NCBI GenBank assembly: GCA_964291315.2
Contig: OZ219752.1
Coordinates: 64,001-128,000, forward strand
Direction of reading: 5' to 3'
Source: Candidatus Poribacteria bacterium
GTDB lineage: Bacteria > Poribacteria > WGA-4E > WGA-3G
Length of the DNA stretch: 64,000 nucleotides
Below are positions 30,642 through 40,522 of the stretch, piece after piece; the stretch's first letter is position 1; every line of letters starts with the position of its first letter. The translations under genes were made by a program, and so were the position numbers. Under the pieces are notes generated by a model that was given only the letters and a program-made list of their open reading frames with translations, did not search any database and was not told the DNA's origin.

Positions 30642-31361
30642 TTACTCTGTGGTCTCTAAAACTTCGGGACCGCTTTTACTATACATCTCCTGCTTGTCGA
30701 AATGGAAGATCAAATCAGTTCTATCAAATTTTGAGTACTCAATACCTTCGAGAGTATCCTTCATTATAAGGCACTCTGTCGGGCAGACCTCAGTGCAAAG
30801 CCCACAATACATACAGATAGACATATCAATATCGAACTGGTCGAGGTAGAAAACAACAGGATTTCGCGTAACAATGCGGGATACCTCGTCTACAGTAAAA
30901 ATCTCGGTTCGACTCTCACTCCCTGAGGGCTCAAGGCGGTCTATGGCCTCCTGAGGACCTTGGCGAGAGGTGACATTCGTGATTGTTATTGAATCTGCGG
31001 ATTTTATTTTTTTGTCGTCGCCCTCAATGATACCAATCACTTCTCGTCCATCTTTGAGATGCACGACGTTCATGCTGTCCCACAACTGTTCGCCCTTTGG
31101 CAGCTTCGTCCCTGTAATGGTAATGCAATCGACAGGACAAATCATCTCACACTTTTTGCATCCGATACAATCTTCAATACGGTTATAAAGCTGCCCGCGG
31201 TACCCTTTCGGAATTTCCCGGACGTTTCGTTTCCTTTCATAGTCGTGTTCATAAGGATATTGGTGCGTGACGTTGGGTTCAAAGAATTGCCTGATCGTTA
31301 CCCGCATCCCGACGAGGACGGTATAAATGCCTCTGTAGATGTTCCGTATGTACTTGTCCAT
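30642..31361 (-). CDS. nuoI: NADH-quinone oxidoreductase subunit I (two 4Fe-4S) with internal insertion
   Basis: T.QYP; CIGCKKCEMICP; CMYCGLCTEVCP; position between nuoH and nuoJ. Confidence 0.92.
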   Translation of the reverse strand: MDKYIRNIYRGIYTVLVGMRVTIRQFFEPNVTHQYPYEHDYERKRNVREIPKGYRGQLYNRIEDCIGCKKCEMICPVDCITITGTKLPKGEQLWDSMNVVHLKDGREVIGIIEGDDKKIKSADSITITNVTSRQGPQEAIDRLEPSGSESRTEIFTVDEVSRIVTRNPVVFYLDQFDIDMSICMYCGLCTEVCPTECLIMKDTLEGIEYSKFDRTDLIFHFDKQEMYSKSGPEVLETTE

Positions 31362-31403
31362 TTTCAGATCTCTCCTTTAACGACTGGCGAGTACAGATCC
31401 CGC

Positions 31404-32669
31404 CTAACTCGGTTGTGGGGCTGGCTTCTGCGTAAGACTCCGCCCAGCAATTTTATATGCAGCGATAAGCCCAATGTAGATAAGCGTGCAGCTAATGCTT
31501 GTGCTAATCAGAGTATCTTCCGGAAAAATGAGTCCCCAGATGCCAGTGCCTAAGATGTTAAAAAAGGCAATCGGAATGAAGTATTTCCAACAGAGATTCA
31601 TCAGTTGATCTACCCGTAAGCGTGGCAAGGTCCATCTCAGCCACATCATCAAGAAAACGAGTGCTAATGTTTTTATAACGAACCCCGGGAGCCCGCCGAG
31701 AATATCGTATCCTGGTAATGCCCCTTCCCACCCTCCGAGGAAAAGCGTCACAGCGATCGCGCTCACAGCGAACATATTCGCGTATTCGGCAATAAAGAAA
31801 AGTGCGAAACGCATTCCGCTATACTCTGTGTGAAAACCTGCAACAATCTCAGACTCGGCTTCGGGCAAATCAAAGGGGGTCCGATTAACTTCAGCAATTG
31901 AAGATATAAAGAAGATAAAAAATGCGATAAAAGTAAAGGGGGTCCGAAAAATCAGCCAGCTAAAGACACCATTAGACTGGGCTGCTACAATTTCCTGCAT
32001 GCTCAAACTTTCCACGAGCATGACGATGGTCAGAATAGAGAGGCCCAGCGGAATTTCATAACTGACAATCTGCGCGGCGGCGCGGAGTGAACCTAAGAGC
32101 GACCATTTGCTGTTAGAGGACCAGCCCGCCATAATTACACCCATAACGATGACAGAGGAGATCGCCATGATGTAGAAGATGCCGATATCAAAATCGCTCA
32201 CTAATATATTTTGACTGAACGGAATAGCAGCAAAAACAGCAAAAGAGCAAGCAAAAATTACATAAGGAGCAAGCAAGAAAAGCAATTTATCGCCTTGAGG
32301 AGGGATATAATCCTCTTTGAAGATCAGTTTAACCCCATCAGCCAACGTTTGAAGGATCCCCCAGGGGCCAACTCGCATGGGGCCCGTTCGATTCTGAAAA
32401 CGGGCAGCGACTTTGCGCTCGGCAAGTACTAACACCAATGGAAGCAATGGAACCACAGCAACGAAAATACCAGCACAGGCAAACATAACGAGGACCGTGC
32501 CTAACTCCATAGGGAAATGTGAGGCGACCGCCTCCGGCAAACGCGGAACGACAATGTTCTTTACAAATTCCTCCGCCCAATTGAGTCCATCTTGCAAGTT
32601 TATATTCGGAAAGAAAGCTTCAGATACACCGAAATATGGGTTTGCAAGCATTGCCCTAAAGTCCGACAT
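31404..32669 (-). CDS. nuoH: NADH-quinone oxidoreductase subunit H
   Basis: ERKV.ARFQNRTGP, DGVKLIFKE, NRTPFDLPEAESE and PRLRVDQ motifs. Confidence 0.96.
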   Translation of the reverse strand: MSDFRAMLANPYFGVSEAFFPNINLQDGLNWAEEFVKNIVVPRLPEAVASHFPMELGTVLVMFACAGIFVAVVPLLPLVLVLAERKVAARFQNRTGPMRVGPWGILQTLADGVKLIFKEDYIPPQGDKLLFLLAPYVIFACSFAVFAAIPFSQNILVSDFDIGIFYIMAISSVIVMGVIMAGWSSNSKWSLLGSLRAAAQIVSYEIPLGLSILTIVMLVESLSMQEIVAAQSNGVFSWLIFRTPFTFIAFFIFFISSIAEVNRTPFDLPEAESEIVAGFHTEYSGMRFALFFIAEYANMFAVSAIAVTLFLGGWEGALPGYDILGGLPGFVIKTLALVFLMMWLRWTLPRLRVDQLMNLCWKYFIPIAFFNILGTGIWGLIFPEDTLISTSISCTLIYIGLIAAYKIAGRSLTQKPAPQPS

Positions 32670-32764
32670 CTGACCTCCTTATCTGATTTAACAACCGGTT
32701 GCCCAAAATTAACCCCGCATCTTCCCAAGGGAAAATATAGACTATATTACGCCGCCAAGTGCGT

Positions 32765-33970
32765 TTACCGATCCACCTCACCCATTACAACATCGATACT
32801 GCCGATAATGGCGATAATATCTGCTACCATCAAACCCTGACTGAGTTCCTGCAGTGCACTCAGCGCACTAAAGCAGGGAGAACGCCCCTTCACACGCACC
32901 GGTTTCGGGGTACCATCACTTACGATATAAAATCCGAGTTCCCCGCGTGGTGCTTCACTGCGAAAATAAATCTCGCCTTTTGGCGGACGGACAGCTTTCA
33001 ATTCTGCCATAATTGGGCCACCCGGAAGCCCTTCTGCTAAAATCTGTCGAACAATTCGGGCAGATTCCTTCATTTCGTCCATCCTGATTTTGTATCGACT
33101 CCAGCAATCACCGACAACTGAGCCTAATTCTGGAACATCCACGGCAACAGGCACATCAAAGTCAAACCTGTCATAAATGGAATACGGTTCGTCTCGCCGG
33201 AGATCCCAATCTATACCAGAACCGCGAAGGTTGGGCCCCGTAGCACCATAACTGAGGGCCATACCCGGGGACATAACAGCGACCCCTGTTGTGCGTTCCG
33301 AGAAGATGCTGTTTTTGGTTAGGAGTTCATTATACTCATCAATCTTCGGTTCAAAATAGTCTAAAAACCCTTCTATCTCATCTAAATAATTCTGCTCGGC
33401 AACAGAGCCGGGCTCCATCGGTATGATCTCGGAGACACCACCGATGCGGACATAGTTATAGGTAAGTCGTGCACCACAGATTTTCTCGAAAAGGAGAAGT
33501 AGCCGCTCACGGTCGCGAAAGGCATAAAGGAAAGGTGTAAACGCACCGAGGTCCATACCGTAGGTTCCAAACGACAAGAGGTGACTGGCTATACGGTTCA
33601 GTTCGCAGATGAGCACCCGAAGGTACTCCGCCCGTTCTGGCACCTTAAAGCTCCGGCGTTCATCCGCCTCCAATAACTTCTCAACGGCAAGACAAAATCC
33701 CCAATTTTGGTTCATCGCTGCTACGTAATCCATCCGGTCAGTAAAGGGAATGATTTGGGGATAAGAGAGATTTTCGGAATGCTTCTCGAAACAGCGATGC
33801 AGGTAGCCGATATGCGGAATCGCTTCACGGACAACCTCACCATCCAATTTCAACTCCAATCGCAACACACCATGTGTACTTGGGTGCTGAGGACCCATGT
33901 TCACCACCATCTCATCGGCGAAGGGTTTTAATTCGATAATTTTACTTTCAGTCTGTTGTGTTGCTTCCAT
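32765..33970 (-). CDS. nuoD: NADH-quinone oxidoreductase subunit D
   Basis: NMGPQHPSTHGVLRL, GYLHRCFEK, EAPRGE and GEVDR motifs. Confidence 0.97.
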   Translation of the reverse strand: MEATQQTESKIIELKPFADEMVVNMGPQHPSTHGVLRLELKLDGEVVREAIPHIGYLHRCFEKHSENLSYPQIIPFTDRMDYVAAMNQNWGFCLAVEKLLEADERRSFKVPERAEYLRVLICELNRIASHLLSFGTYGMDLGAFTPFLYAFRDRERLLLLFEKICGARLTYNYVRIGGVSEIIPMEPGSVAEQNYLDEIEGFLDYFEPKIDEYNELLTKNSIFSERTTGVAVMSPGMALSYGATGPNLRGSGIDWDLRRDEPYSIYDRFDFDVPVAVDVPELGSVVGDCWSRYKIRMDEMKESARIVRQILAEGLPGGPIMAELKAVRPPKGEIYFRSEAPRGELGFYIVSDGTPKPVRVKGRSPCFSALSALQELSQGLMVADIIAIIGSIDVVMGEVDR

Positions 33971-34026
33971 AATATGGGTCTTGAAAACTCAAAGTTACTG
34001 CCGACATCTATCTACTCAACCAATAT

Positions 34027-34055
34027 ATGATACCACTTTTGCAGTCTAATGTCAA
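34027..34055 (-). promoter_or_regulatory. internal sigma70 promoter upstream of nuoD
   Basis: TTGACA-17 bp-TATCAT with TG extended -10, in the 300-bp nuoC-nuoD gap. Confidence 0.7.
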
Positions 34056-34270
34056 ATCTCAATCTGTCTTTTTGGCAAAGATTTGTGTCGTGATTCAGGG
34101 GCCTGTCCTATATGAAAATGTTAGACCGGGGTAACATCTCATATTCTAGCATTTGTGTTTACAAACCTGTGTGCGGCCTAAGTATCGGGCATTCTAATTT
34201 CGACGATCAGCTGTGAAAAACGATAAAGTGTAACGTTTTCTGTGTTGCACAGCAACCCACAATCCTCTGC

Positions 34271-34756
34271 TTAATAGGGCACCCGCATGCCGCGGTAAAA
34301 TTCGGGTTCCTTGTAATCCTTGCGTAAGGGGTACCCCTCCCAATCGTCCGGTAATAAGATGCGACGGAGATCCCCGTGTCCCTCAAAGATAATTCCGTAG
34401 AGATCATAAGTTTCACGCTCGTGCCAATCTGCTGTTTTCCAGATATGTGAGACGCTCGGAAGGCGTGGATTCGTTTTCGGTACGAGGGCTTTGAGGACTG
34501 CGCTCTGCCGATGTCGCATAGCATAGATGTGGTAGACGACAGCAAAAACTTCATCTTTGGCGTTCAGATCGAGACCGCTGAGACACATCAAAGAATCGAA
34601 TGCCAAGACATTGGTCTCGGCGAGATATTTGCAGACATCGGCAATTGCTGAGGGGATAATGTGGATGCTCGGGTCACCTGCAAGCTCAGTATCAAAAGCG
34701 AGAATGGCTTCACCAAACTGCTTGGTTAGAACTTCATAGATTTCTTCCGGTTTCAC
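34271..34756 (-). CDS. nuoC: NADH-quinone oxidoreductase subunit C
   Basis: ADWHERETYDLYGIIFEGH.DLRRILLPDDWEGYPLRKDY motif. Confidence 0.95.
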   Translation of the reverse strand: MKPEEIYEVLTKQFGEAILAFDTELAGDPSIHIIPSAIADVCKYLAETNVLAFDSLMCLSGLDLNAKDEVFAVVYHIYAMRHRQSAVLKALVPKTNPRLPSVSHIWKTADWHERETYDLYGIIFEGHGDLRRILLPDDWEGYPLRKDYKEPEFYRGMRVPY

Positions 34757-34817
34757 GCAATTCCTACTCCATGTTCGTAATTATAAATTTGCATCTACCG
34801 TTAGACGCTAAGGTGTG

Positions 34818-35423
34818 CTAAGCAGTATTTTCCGCTTTACCGCCCTCCGCAGCCGGTGTTGCTGCCTCAGACTCAGCTTCAGTTGCCTCAAGTTCGTACC
34901 ATTCCGTTTTGGTAAAGAGCCTTTTCAAGAACGGAACATGTGCACGTTTAGCGACGGTTTGTGTTCTAATTTTCTCTTGTAGTTTGAGCAACCCTTCGAT
35001 AAGTGCTTCTGGCCGTGGTGGACATCCCGGCACATAAACATCAACAGGGATAATACGGTCAACACCTTTGAGGACGTGATACCCGTGTTGCCAATAGGGG
35101 CCACCACTGGTTGCACAGCTCCCCATTGAAATGACATATTTCGGTTCCGGCATCTGTTCATATAATCTGCGGATCCGGGTCGCCATTTTGAGGGTCACCG
35201 TACCAGAAATAACCATCAGGTCAGACTGGCGTGGTGTTGCACGCGGGACCCCAGCACCGAACCGGTCGAGGTCGTAGTTAGAAGCGGCTGTCGCCATAAA
35301 TTCAATCGCACAACATGCAAGACCAAACGTCATGGGCCAAAGTGCAGAGGAACGTGCCCAGTTGGCAACAACGTCAACCGAGGTAACAATAACGTTTTTG
35401 TTTAGTTTCTCATCAATTATCAT
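34818..35423 (-). CDS. nuoB: NADH-quinone oxidoreductase subunit B
   Basis: [13 protein letters not shown] and [13 protein letters not shown] motifs; ATG 35423 behind GGAGGG, overlapping the nuoA end. Confidence 0.96.
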   Translation of the reverse strand: MIIDEKLNKNVIVTSVDVVANWARSSALWPMTFGLACCAIEFMATAASNYDLDRFGAGVPRATPRQSDLMVISGTVTLKMATRIRRLYEQMPEPKYVISMGSCATSGGPYWQHGYHVLKGVDRIIPVDVYVPGCPPRPEALIEGLLKLQEKIRTQTVAKRAHVPFLKRLFTKTEWYELEATEAESEAATPAAEGGKAENTA

Positions 35424-35823
35424 AATTTTCTTCCCTCCGTAGAGATTGAACTTCCAACTGTGTGGAGCGGATCCACTCCAGATCACCTTTTGCCCAAACA
35501 TAGGCAAGCCCGACTAAAAGAATAACAATGAAGACGAGCATTTCTAAAAACGCAAAGAGCCCAAAGTCCCGGAAAACAACTGCCCACGGAAAAAGGAACA
35601 CAGCCTCCACATCGAAGATTAGAAAGATAAGCGCGATAACGTAAAAACGCGTGTTAAACTTGATCCGCGTGTCACCGACCGGATCCTCACCACATTCATA
35701 GGGTATATACTTTTCGCCCGAGAATATTTTAGTGTGGAGAAGGCGAGATATAGTCAGATTTAAAACGACAAAGAAACTGCCAACAACTAAGAAGATTAAC
35801 ACATTTGCAAAGTTAAAAAGCAT
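35413..35823 (-). CDS. nuoA: NADH-quinone oxidoreductase subunit A
   Basis: YECGEDP, FLIFDVE..FLFPWA and KGDLEW motifs. Confidence 0.96.
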   Translation of the reverse strand: MLFNFANVLIFLVVGSFFVVLNLTISRLLHTKIFSGEKYIPYECGEDPVGDTRIKFNTRFYVIALIFLIFDVEAVFLFPWAVVFRDFGLFAFLEMLVFIVILLVGLAYVWAKGDLEWIRSTQLEVQSLRREENYDN

Positions 35824-35888
35824 TCTGGATTATCCTTGAGAACCCCGATGTCGTAAAGACTTTATGCATGAACGATTTCATTCTTAAA

Positions 35889-35917
35889 ATTATATATTAT
35901 TTTCTACTGATTTGCAA
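35889..35917 (-). promoter_or_regulatory. sigma70 promoter of nuoABC
   Basis: TTGCAA-17 bp-TATAAT on the minus strand. Confidence 0.7.
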
Positions 35918-36277
35918 GTAAAATTTCACTCCGTTTTGAACATCGTAGGCAGGCCTGTTTTTCGCGAAAACATCACTCGATCTTCAAATTTAACCCTGAC
36001 GTTTGATCAAACAGGATGTTGTTAGAAACAGGAAGCCTGAAGGTTCAACCTCCGCCACTGTTAATTACTGTGTAATAGAAGAAAATATAAAGTACAATCC
36101 AATGCCCTTTCTTGTGGTAGATAAGGTGGAGATACCATGTAGGCACTCGCCAATAGCAACTGACTGTGCGCTTACAGTAGCAATGTCAATAGTAGCGGCA
36201 CCAATAGGAATACTGACACTTTAGGAGTAAAATAATAGAGGAAATGTTGAGGTATGAACGGGTTCCTACGAAGAATT

Positions 36278-37048
36278 CTACTCTAACGTTATCTTGATTT
36301 CGTTGGATACCAGCGATGCCTTCCCACGTCGTGATTTGACGGGTAAGTAGATTTTCTTCTCTTCATCCTTATGTTTCTCTTGAATGAATTTAATCTGTTC
36401 TTGATAATAATTCGTAGCGTCCTGCTTTGCCGCGGCTTGCAGATTCGGGTCGTTTTGAAGCCGAGCGAGATCTCTTTTTAGTTCAAGCACTTCCGGGTGT
36501 TCCTCGACGATGGATTCTCGGTATACCTCTAATGCCATCTCGAGTGTTATAGTGTAAGTGCCGGGTTGTAACTGATAGTACCTCTGTAAATCTTTCAGCA
36601 TTAATTCCTGACTTGCCGACGCTTTGAGTTCAAATCCCTGAATGCAGCGGACAGATTTTCCATCATGTTGGACATACTTCTGCGGATTCTCTTGTGTGAT
36701 TGCGCGCTTCGGTTCGACAACTTGCCCATTCGCGTTTTTCACGACTACCTGCGTGAAAGCTCCTTTTGTTGCGACTGTAAAAAAAGGTACGAGTAGGTCA
36801 AATTTACCGTTTTGAATATTGATTTCAAGTGGGATATCCTCTTTCACAGCATAATTTGCCTTAGGTGTCGAAAGTTGGAGTTCAGTGAGCGGACGCGGCG
36901 ATTTTTCCATCTCAGGCACAGTCTCATTGGGCCCCGTTTGTATCGTCTGCAAACTTCCGATGCAACCTATGAAGGTAATCAGAAATAATAAAAAACTGCA
37001 ACGGATAAACGGTGATGTGATTTCTAAATCACGGTTGTGCATTATCAT
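36278..37048 (-). CDS. hypothetical lipoprotein
   Basis: Lipobox FIGC; beta-rich body (LQPGTYTI, LVSNEIKI) with a helical insert; GGAGG RBS. Confidence 0.65.
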   Translation of the reverse strand: MIMHNRDLEITSPFIRCSFLLFLITFIGCIGSLQTIQTGPNETVPEMEKSPRPLTELQLSTPKANYAVKEDIPLEINIQNGKFDLLVPFFTVATKGAFTQVVVKNANGQVVEPKRAITQENPQKYVQHDGKSVRCIQGFELKASASQELMLKDLQRYYQLQPGTYTITLEMALEVYRESIVEEHPEVLELKRDLARLQNDPNLQAAAKQDATNYYQEQIKFIQEKHKDEEKKIYLPVKSRRGKASLVSNEIKITLE

Positions 37049-37073
37049 TTTAAGCCTCCTGATGTTTGTTATG

Positions 37074-38153
37074 TCAAAGTGTAATACCTAATCCCGATCG
37101 CGTAGGTACTTCAATGAATCCATCGACGATCTTCTCTGGCGGGGAAACAATGGAAGCGCGCCATTCTACCTCACCCCAAGCGTATTCAAGAATGGCAAAA
37201 TTTGGCACACTTGCCATGCATTGCACGCTCGCAGCCGTTGCGACGGGTCCGCTCGGATTATGAGGCGTTACCATGATGTTGCGTGCGGAAGCCAATATGG
37301 CAATTTCTTTTAGTCCGGAAATTCCACCCACATGTTTGACATCCGGTAAGATATAATTGACCTCCGCATGACTGAGCAACCTATCAAAATCTCTGAGGGT
37401 TCGCAAGTACTCACCGGTTGCAATTGGGATGCCTATGGAGCGGCCCACATGCGCGAAAGCATCAAGATTGTCCAGCGGGACAGCGTCTTCAATCCAGAAG
37501 AGGTTTAAGTCCTCTAGTTCTTTTGCGACTTGTATGATAAGACCCGGATTGAAACGGCTGTGGCAGTCTACCATTAAATCGATATCGCTGCTAATTGCAG
37601 CGCGAATTGCGCGAATCCGATCGATCCCTAAACATATCGCAGGTGTGAGACTCCTGCTTGAAATGTTCGTTGTCGAAACATTATCAAATGGAGCACATTT
37701 GATAGCTGTAAATCCTTCAGCAACAACACGCTCTGCGTTACTAACGAACCCAGATGGACTCCGATCGACTGTAGCGCGGTTAATATTCGCATAGAGACGG
37801 ATCTTTTCCCGGCACTTGCCGCCTAACAATTGGTAACTCGGCACGCCCAACCTCTTACCTACAAGATCGCACAAGGCGTGTTCAATTCCACTGAGCGCGG
37901 TGTGATAAGTATGGCTTTCGCTATCATGATAAAAACGCTGCCGAAACGCCTCTAGTTGGAAGACATTCCATCCCAAAAGTGCGGGTTTAACCCTATCAAT
38001 GAGGTGCTGGACATGAGCGTCATTTCTACCGTGAGATGCCTCTCCTACACCGACTGTGCCATCGTCAGCAAATACCTTGACGAAGAGCCAATTGCCGCGG
38101 TGATTCACCTCAACAACCTCAGTTTCTATGGTTTTAATTTTTAGTGTAGGCAT
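37074..38153 (-). CDS. mandelate racemase/muconate lactonizing family enzyme (galactonate dehydratase-like)
   Basis: G.GEA, DL.GK.LGVP, MVDCH, WIED, ATGE, GGI and PHNPSGP motifs. Confidence 0.88.
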   Translation of the reverse strand: MPTLKIKTIETEVVEVNHRGNWLFVKVFADDGTVGVGEASHGRNDAHVQHLIDRVKPALLGWNVFQLEAFRQRFYHDSESHTYHTALSGIEHALCDLVGKRLGVPSYQLLGGKCREKIRLYANINRATVDRSPSGFVSNAERVVAEGFTAIKCAPFDNVSTTNISSRSLTPAICLGIDRIRAIRAAISSDIDLMVDCHSRFNPGLIIQVAKELEDLNLFWIEDAVPLDNLDAFAHVGRSIGIPIATGEYLRTLRDFDRLLSHAEVNYILPDVKHVGGISGLKEIAILASARNIMVTPHNPSGPVATAASVQCMASVPNFAILEYAWGEVEWRASIVSPPEKIVDGFIEVPTRSGLGITL

Positions 38154-38227
38154 CCGAGATTTTAGTAGTAGGGTGGCAGAATAGCAGTTGCCTATGGGCA
38201 CAGGTTACTACCTAGCCCTTTCAGCTA

Positions 38228-38283
38228 TCGGTATTTTCAAGAAAGCACCTGATGAACATCACAGGTACACCTGAAAATACCGA
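38228..38283. terminator. long hairpin between the ThuA-like and dehydratase genes
   Basis: tcggtattttca/tgaaaataccga 12-bp stem with an inner acctg/caggt stem. Confidence 0.5.
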
Positions 38284-38316
38284 GGGACGAAAGCCCATTG
38301 CCGTGTGTGAGTTTTT

Positions 38317-38964
38317 TTATGACGCAGCTGCCCATTTTACCCCTTGTGTAAGGAATTTTTGCATGCCCTCGCGTTCAAATGTTCCCGGGCCGTGGCCCAA
38401 AGTCGTGTAAAAGACACGTCCAGAACCGTAAGACTTTACCCATGCCATTGGGTGCGCTTTGCCGTACCATTCAGCAATTGCCAAGACGTGAATGTAGGGA
38501 TCGTGTGCAGAGATATAGATTTCATCTTCTACAGCGAAGTCTTCAACGCCTTGGGTTGTAGGATGCTCCTTGTCCGCAATATGGACGGTAAAGGTCGAGC
38601 CGGGTGGATGCCAATTCGCGGCCCCACCGACGAGCTCCATCGCCTGACCTCCGATCCACCATGCAGCACCGTGAATTCCGATCAAACCTTTGCCTCCACT
38701 GACAAACCGGAAGAGACCTGCTTCTTGATCTGTGGCTAAATCGGGGACGCGCACAACGGATCCATCTCCTTGGCGTTCTGTCCTTGTGAAACCCGTACCA
38801 AAAACGCATGCATCATAGGTGTCCAATTCAGACGATGCTAAAACCCCTTTGTCCTCGACGAGTTTTGCTTTAATATCAGTATCTTTGGAAAGAAAATCGT
38901 GAATGACACGGGCACTCACATTAAAGCGGTGATTGTCGCCCGATAGCACGAGAATGTTCGACAT
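38317..38964 (-). CDS. ThuA-like (class I glutamine amidotransferase-like) domain protein
   Basis: GKGLIGIH, HP, DEIY, PMAW, GRVFYTTLGH and WAA motifs; GGAGG RBS. Confidence 0.88.
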   Translation of the reverse strand: MSNILVLSGDNHRFNVSARVIHDFLSKDTDIKAKLVEDKGVLASSELDTYDACVFGTGFTRTERQGDGSVVRVPDLATDQEAGLFRFVSGGKGLIGIHGAAWWIGGQAMELVGGAANWHPPGSTFTVHIADKEHPTTQGVEDFAVEDEIYISAHDPYIHVLAIAEWYGKAHPMAWVKSYGSGRVFYTTLGHGPGTFEREGMQKFLTQGVKWAAAS

Positions 38965-39364
38965 AAGAACCTCCAAACTAGAACAAATTGTACCCTAAGC
39001 GAGATAATATGGAAACGGTACTGAATCCGCTTCTTACAATGACAAATTGAATCTCCGAATTGGGCTTCGTAGATATAGTAATGCAGACTCAAAATTGTGT
39101 CAAATGAAAATTTGTGTTTTTTTTATTTTTATGGTATATTATTTAAAGAATTCAAAAATCAATTGTGTGTCGGACACTCTGACGGATTGTACTTCAATTA
39201 CACCGTTACAATTGGCACTATTTGGACTTCCTTGAACCTACAACTCCTGTGAGTGTTAGACTTGAAGCGTCTGTAAGTCACAAAATATTGGCAAATGCTC
39301 ATCACTATAGTAAAGCAATTTAATTAGCACATCTATCATCAGCGGGAGGTTGCTTATCTCTATA

Positions 39365-40522
39365 ATGCAATTAGCCTTTGATTTCAATAGACCCAAAGAG
39401 TATACGATTGAGCTTCCCACCCGTATAGACGAGTTTTGGACAGCAAAACAGCGCACCGGCCATTCCCTACATGAAGTTTCATATCGCGCTTGTTACAAAC
39501 CACAAGTACCCGCCTATTTCATCCGGAAGTTCTGCAAACCGGGTTGTGTCATTTATGATCCATTTATGGGCCGTGGAACGACATTGATAGAAGCACAACT
39601 CTATGGACACCGTGTTATAGGTAATGACATAAACCCTTTATCTAAAGTTCTCACGTACCCGCGCCTCAACCCGCCAAAATTAGTAGATATCGAAAAACAG
39701 TTGCAAGAGATAAATCTAAACACAAGTGCGAAAATTGACCAAGAGCTTCTCGTCTTTTTTCATAAGGAGACACTGCAAGAGATCTACGGATGGCGCACCT
39801 ATTTTCAAGGTCATCAATCTGACGTGGTCGATGCGTGGCTACAAATGGTAGCATGTAGTCGTTTAACAGGGCATTCCGCTGGCTTTTTCTCAGTTTTTAC
39901 CTTGCCGCCCAATCTTGCAGCATCGGTTGATTCCCAACGGAGAATCAACAAAAATCGAAATCAAAAACCAGAGTATCGAGATACAAAGGCACTGATCTAT
40001 CGAAAATCTAAATATTTGTTAAGGCAGAGTCTGCCGGACTCTTTTTTTCGCAATGATGCCCTGCTTCTCACTGAGTCTGCAGACAAAACACCGCAAATTG
40101 CGGACGGATCGGTTGATCTTGTTGTTACTTCGCCTCCTTTTCTTGATACTATCGATTATATGCAGGATAACTGGTTACGCATGTGGTTTTGTGGTATAGA
40201 CATTGAACGTGCAAAGGTTTGGCAATTGAAATCTTTGGAGAACTGGGCTGCTCGGATGACAGATGTATTTACAGAGCTCAGACGGGTATTAAAACCGGGA
40301 GGTAGAGTGGCGTTTGAAGTCGGGGAGGTCCGCAACGGAACTGTCTTTTTAGAAGATGCAGTCGTTAAAGCATCTTTAGATGCAAGGCTTATTCCTGAAG
40401 AACTTATGATTAATAAACAATATTTCACAAAAACGGCAAATTGCTGGGGGGTTTCCAACAACAAGCACGGGACAAACAGCAATCGGATCGTCATTTTGAA
40501 AAAAGAAGGCTACTGTATATGA
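39365..40522 (+). CDS. orphan site-specific DNA methyltransferase (N4-C/N6-A type)
   Basis: HEVSYRACYKP; motif I YDPFMGRGTT; catalytic VTSPPF; RVLKPGG. Confidence 0.85.
   Translation: MQLAFDFNRPKEYTIELPTRIDEFWTAKQRTGHSLHEVSYRACYKPQVPAYFIRKFCKPGCVIYDPFMGRGTTLIEAQLYGHRVIGNDINPLSKVLTYPRLNPPKLVDIEKQLQEINLNTSAKIDQELLVFFHKETLQEIYGWRTYFQGHQSDVVDAWLQMVACSRLTGHSAGFFSVFTLPPNLAASVDSQRRINKNRNQKPEYRDTKALIYRKSKYLLRQSLPDSFFRNDALLLTESADKTPQIADGSVDLVVTSPPFLDTIDYMQDNWLRMWFCGIDIERAKVWQLKSLENWAARMTDVFTELRRVLKPGGRVAFEVGEVRNGTVFLEDAVVKASLDARLIPEELMINKQYFTKTANCWGVSNNKHGTNSNRIVILKKEGYCI

Noticed and set aside
36003-36224. 73-aa ORF in the gap upstream of nuoA
   Set aside because: TTG start without a clear RBS, no recognisable motif; coding status cannot be supported.
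38228-38296. Hammerhead-ribozyme-like core words CTGATGA (38249) and GAAA inside an intergenic hairpin
   Set aside because: A stem III equivalent can form, but the segments needed for stems I and II do not base-pair. A plain hairpin explains the region.
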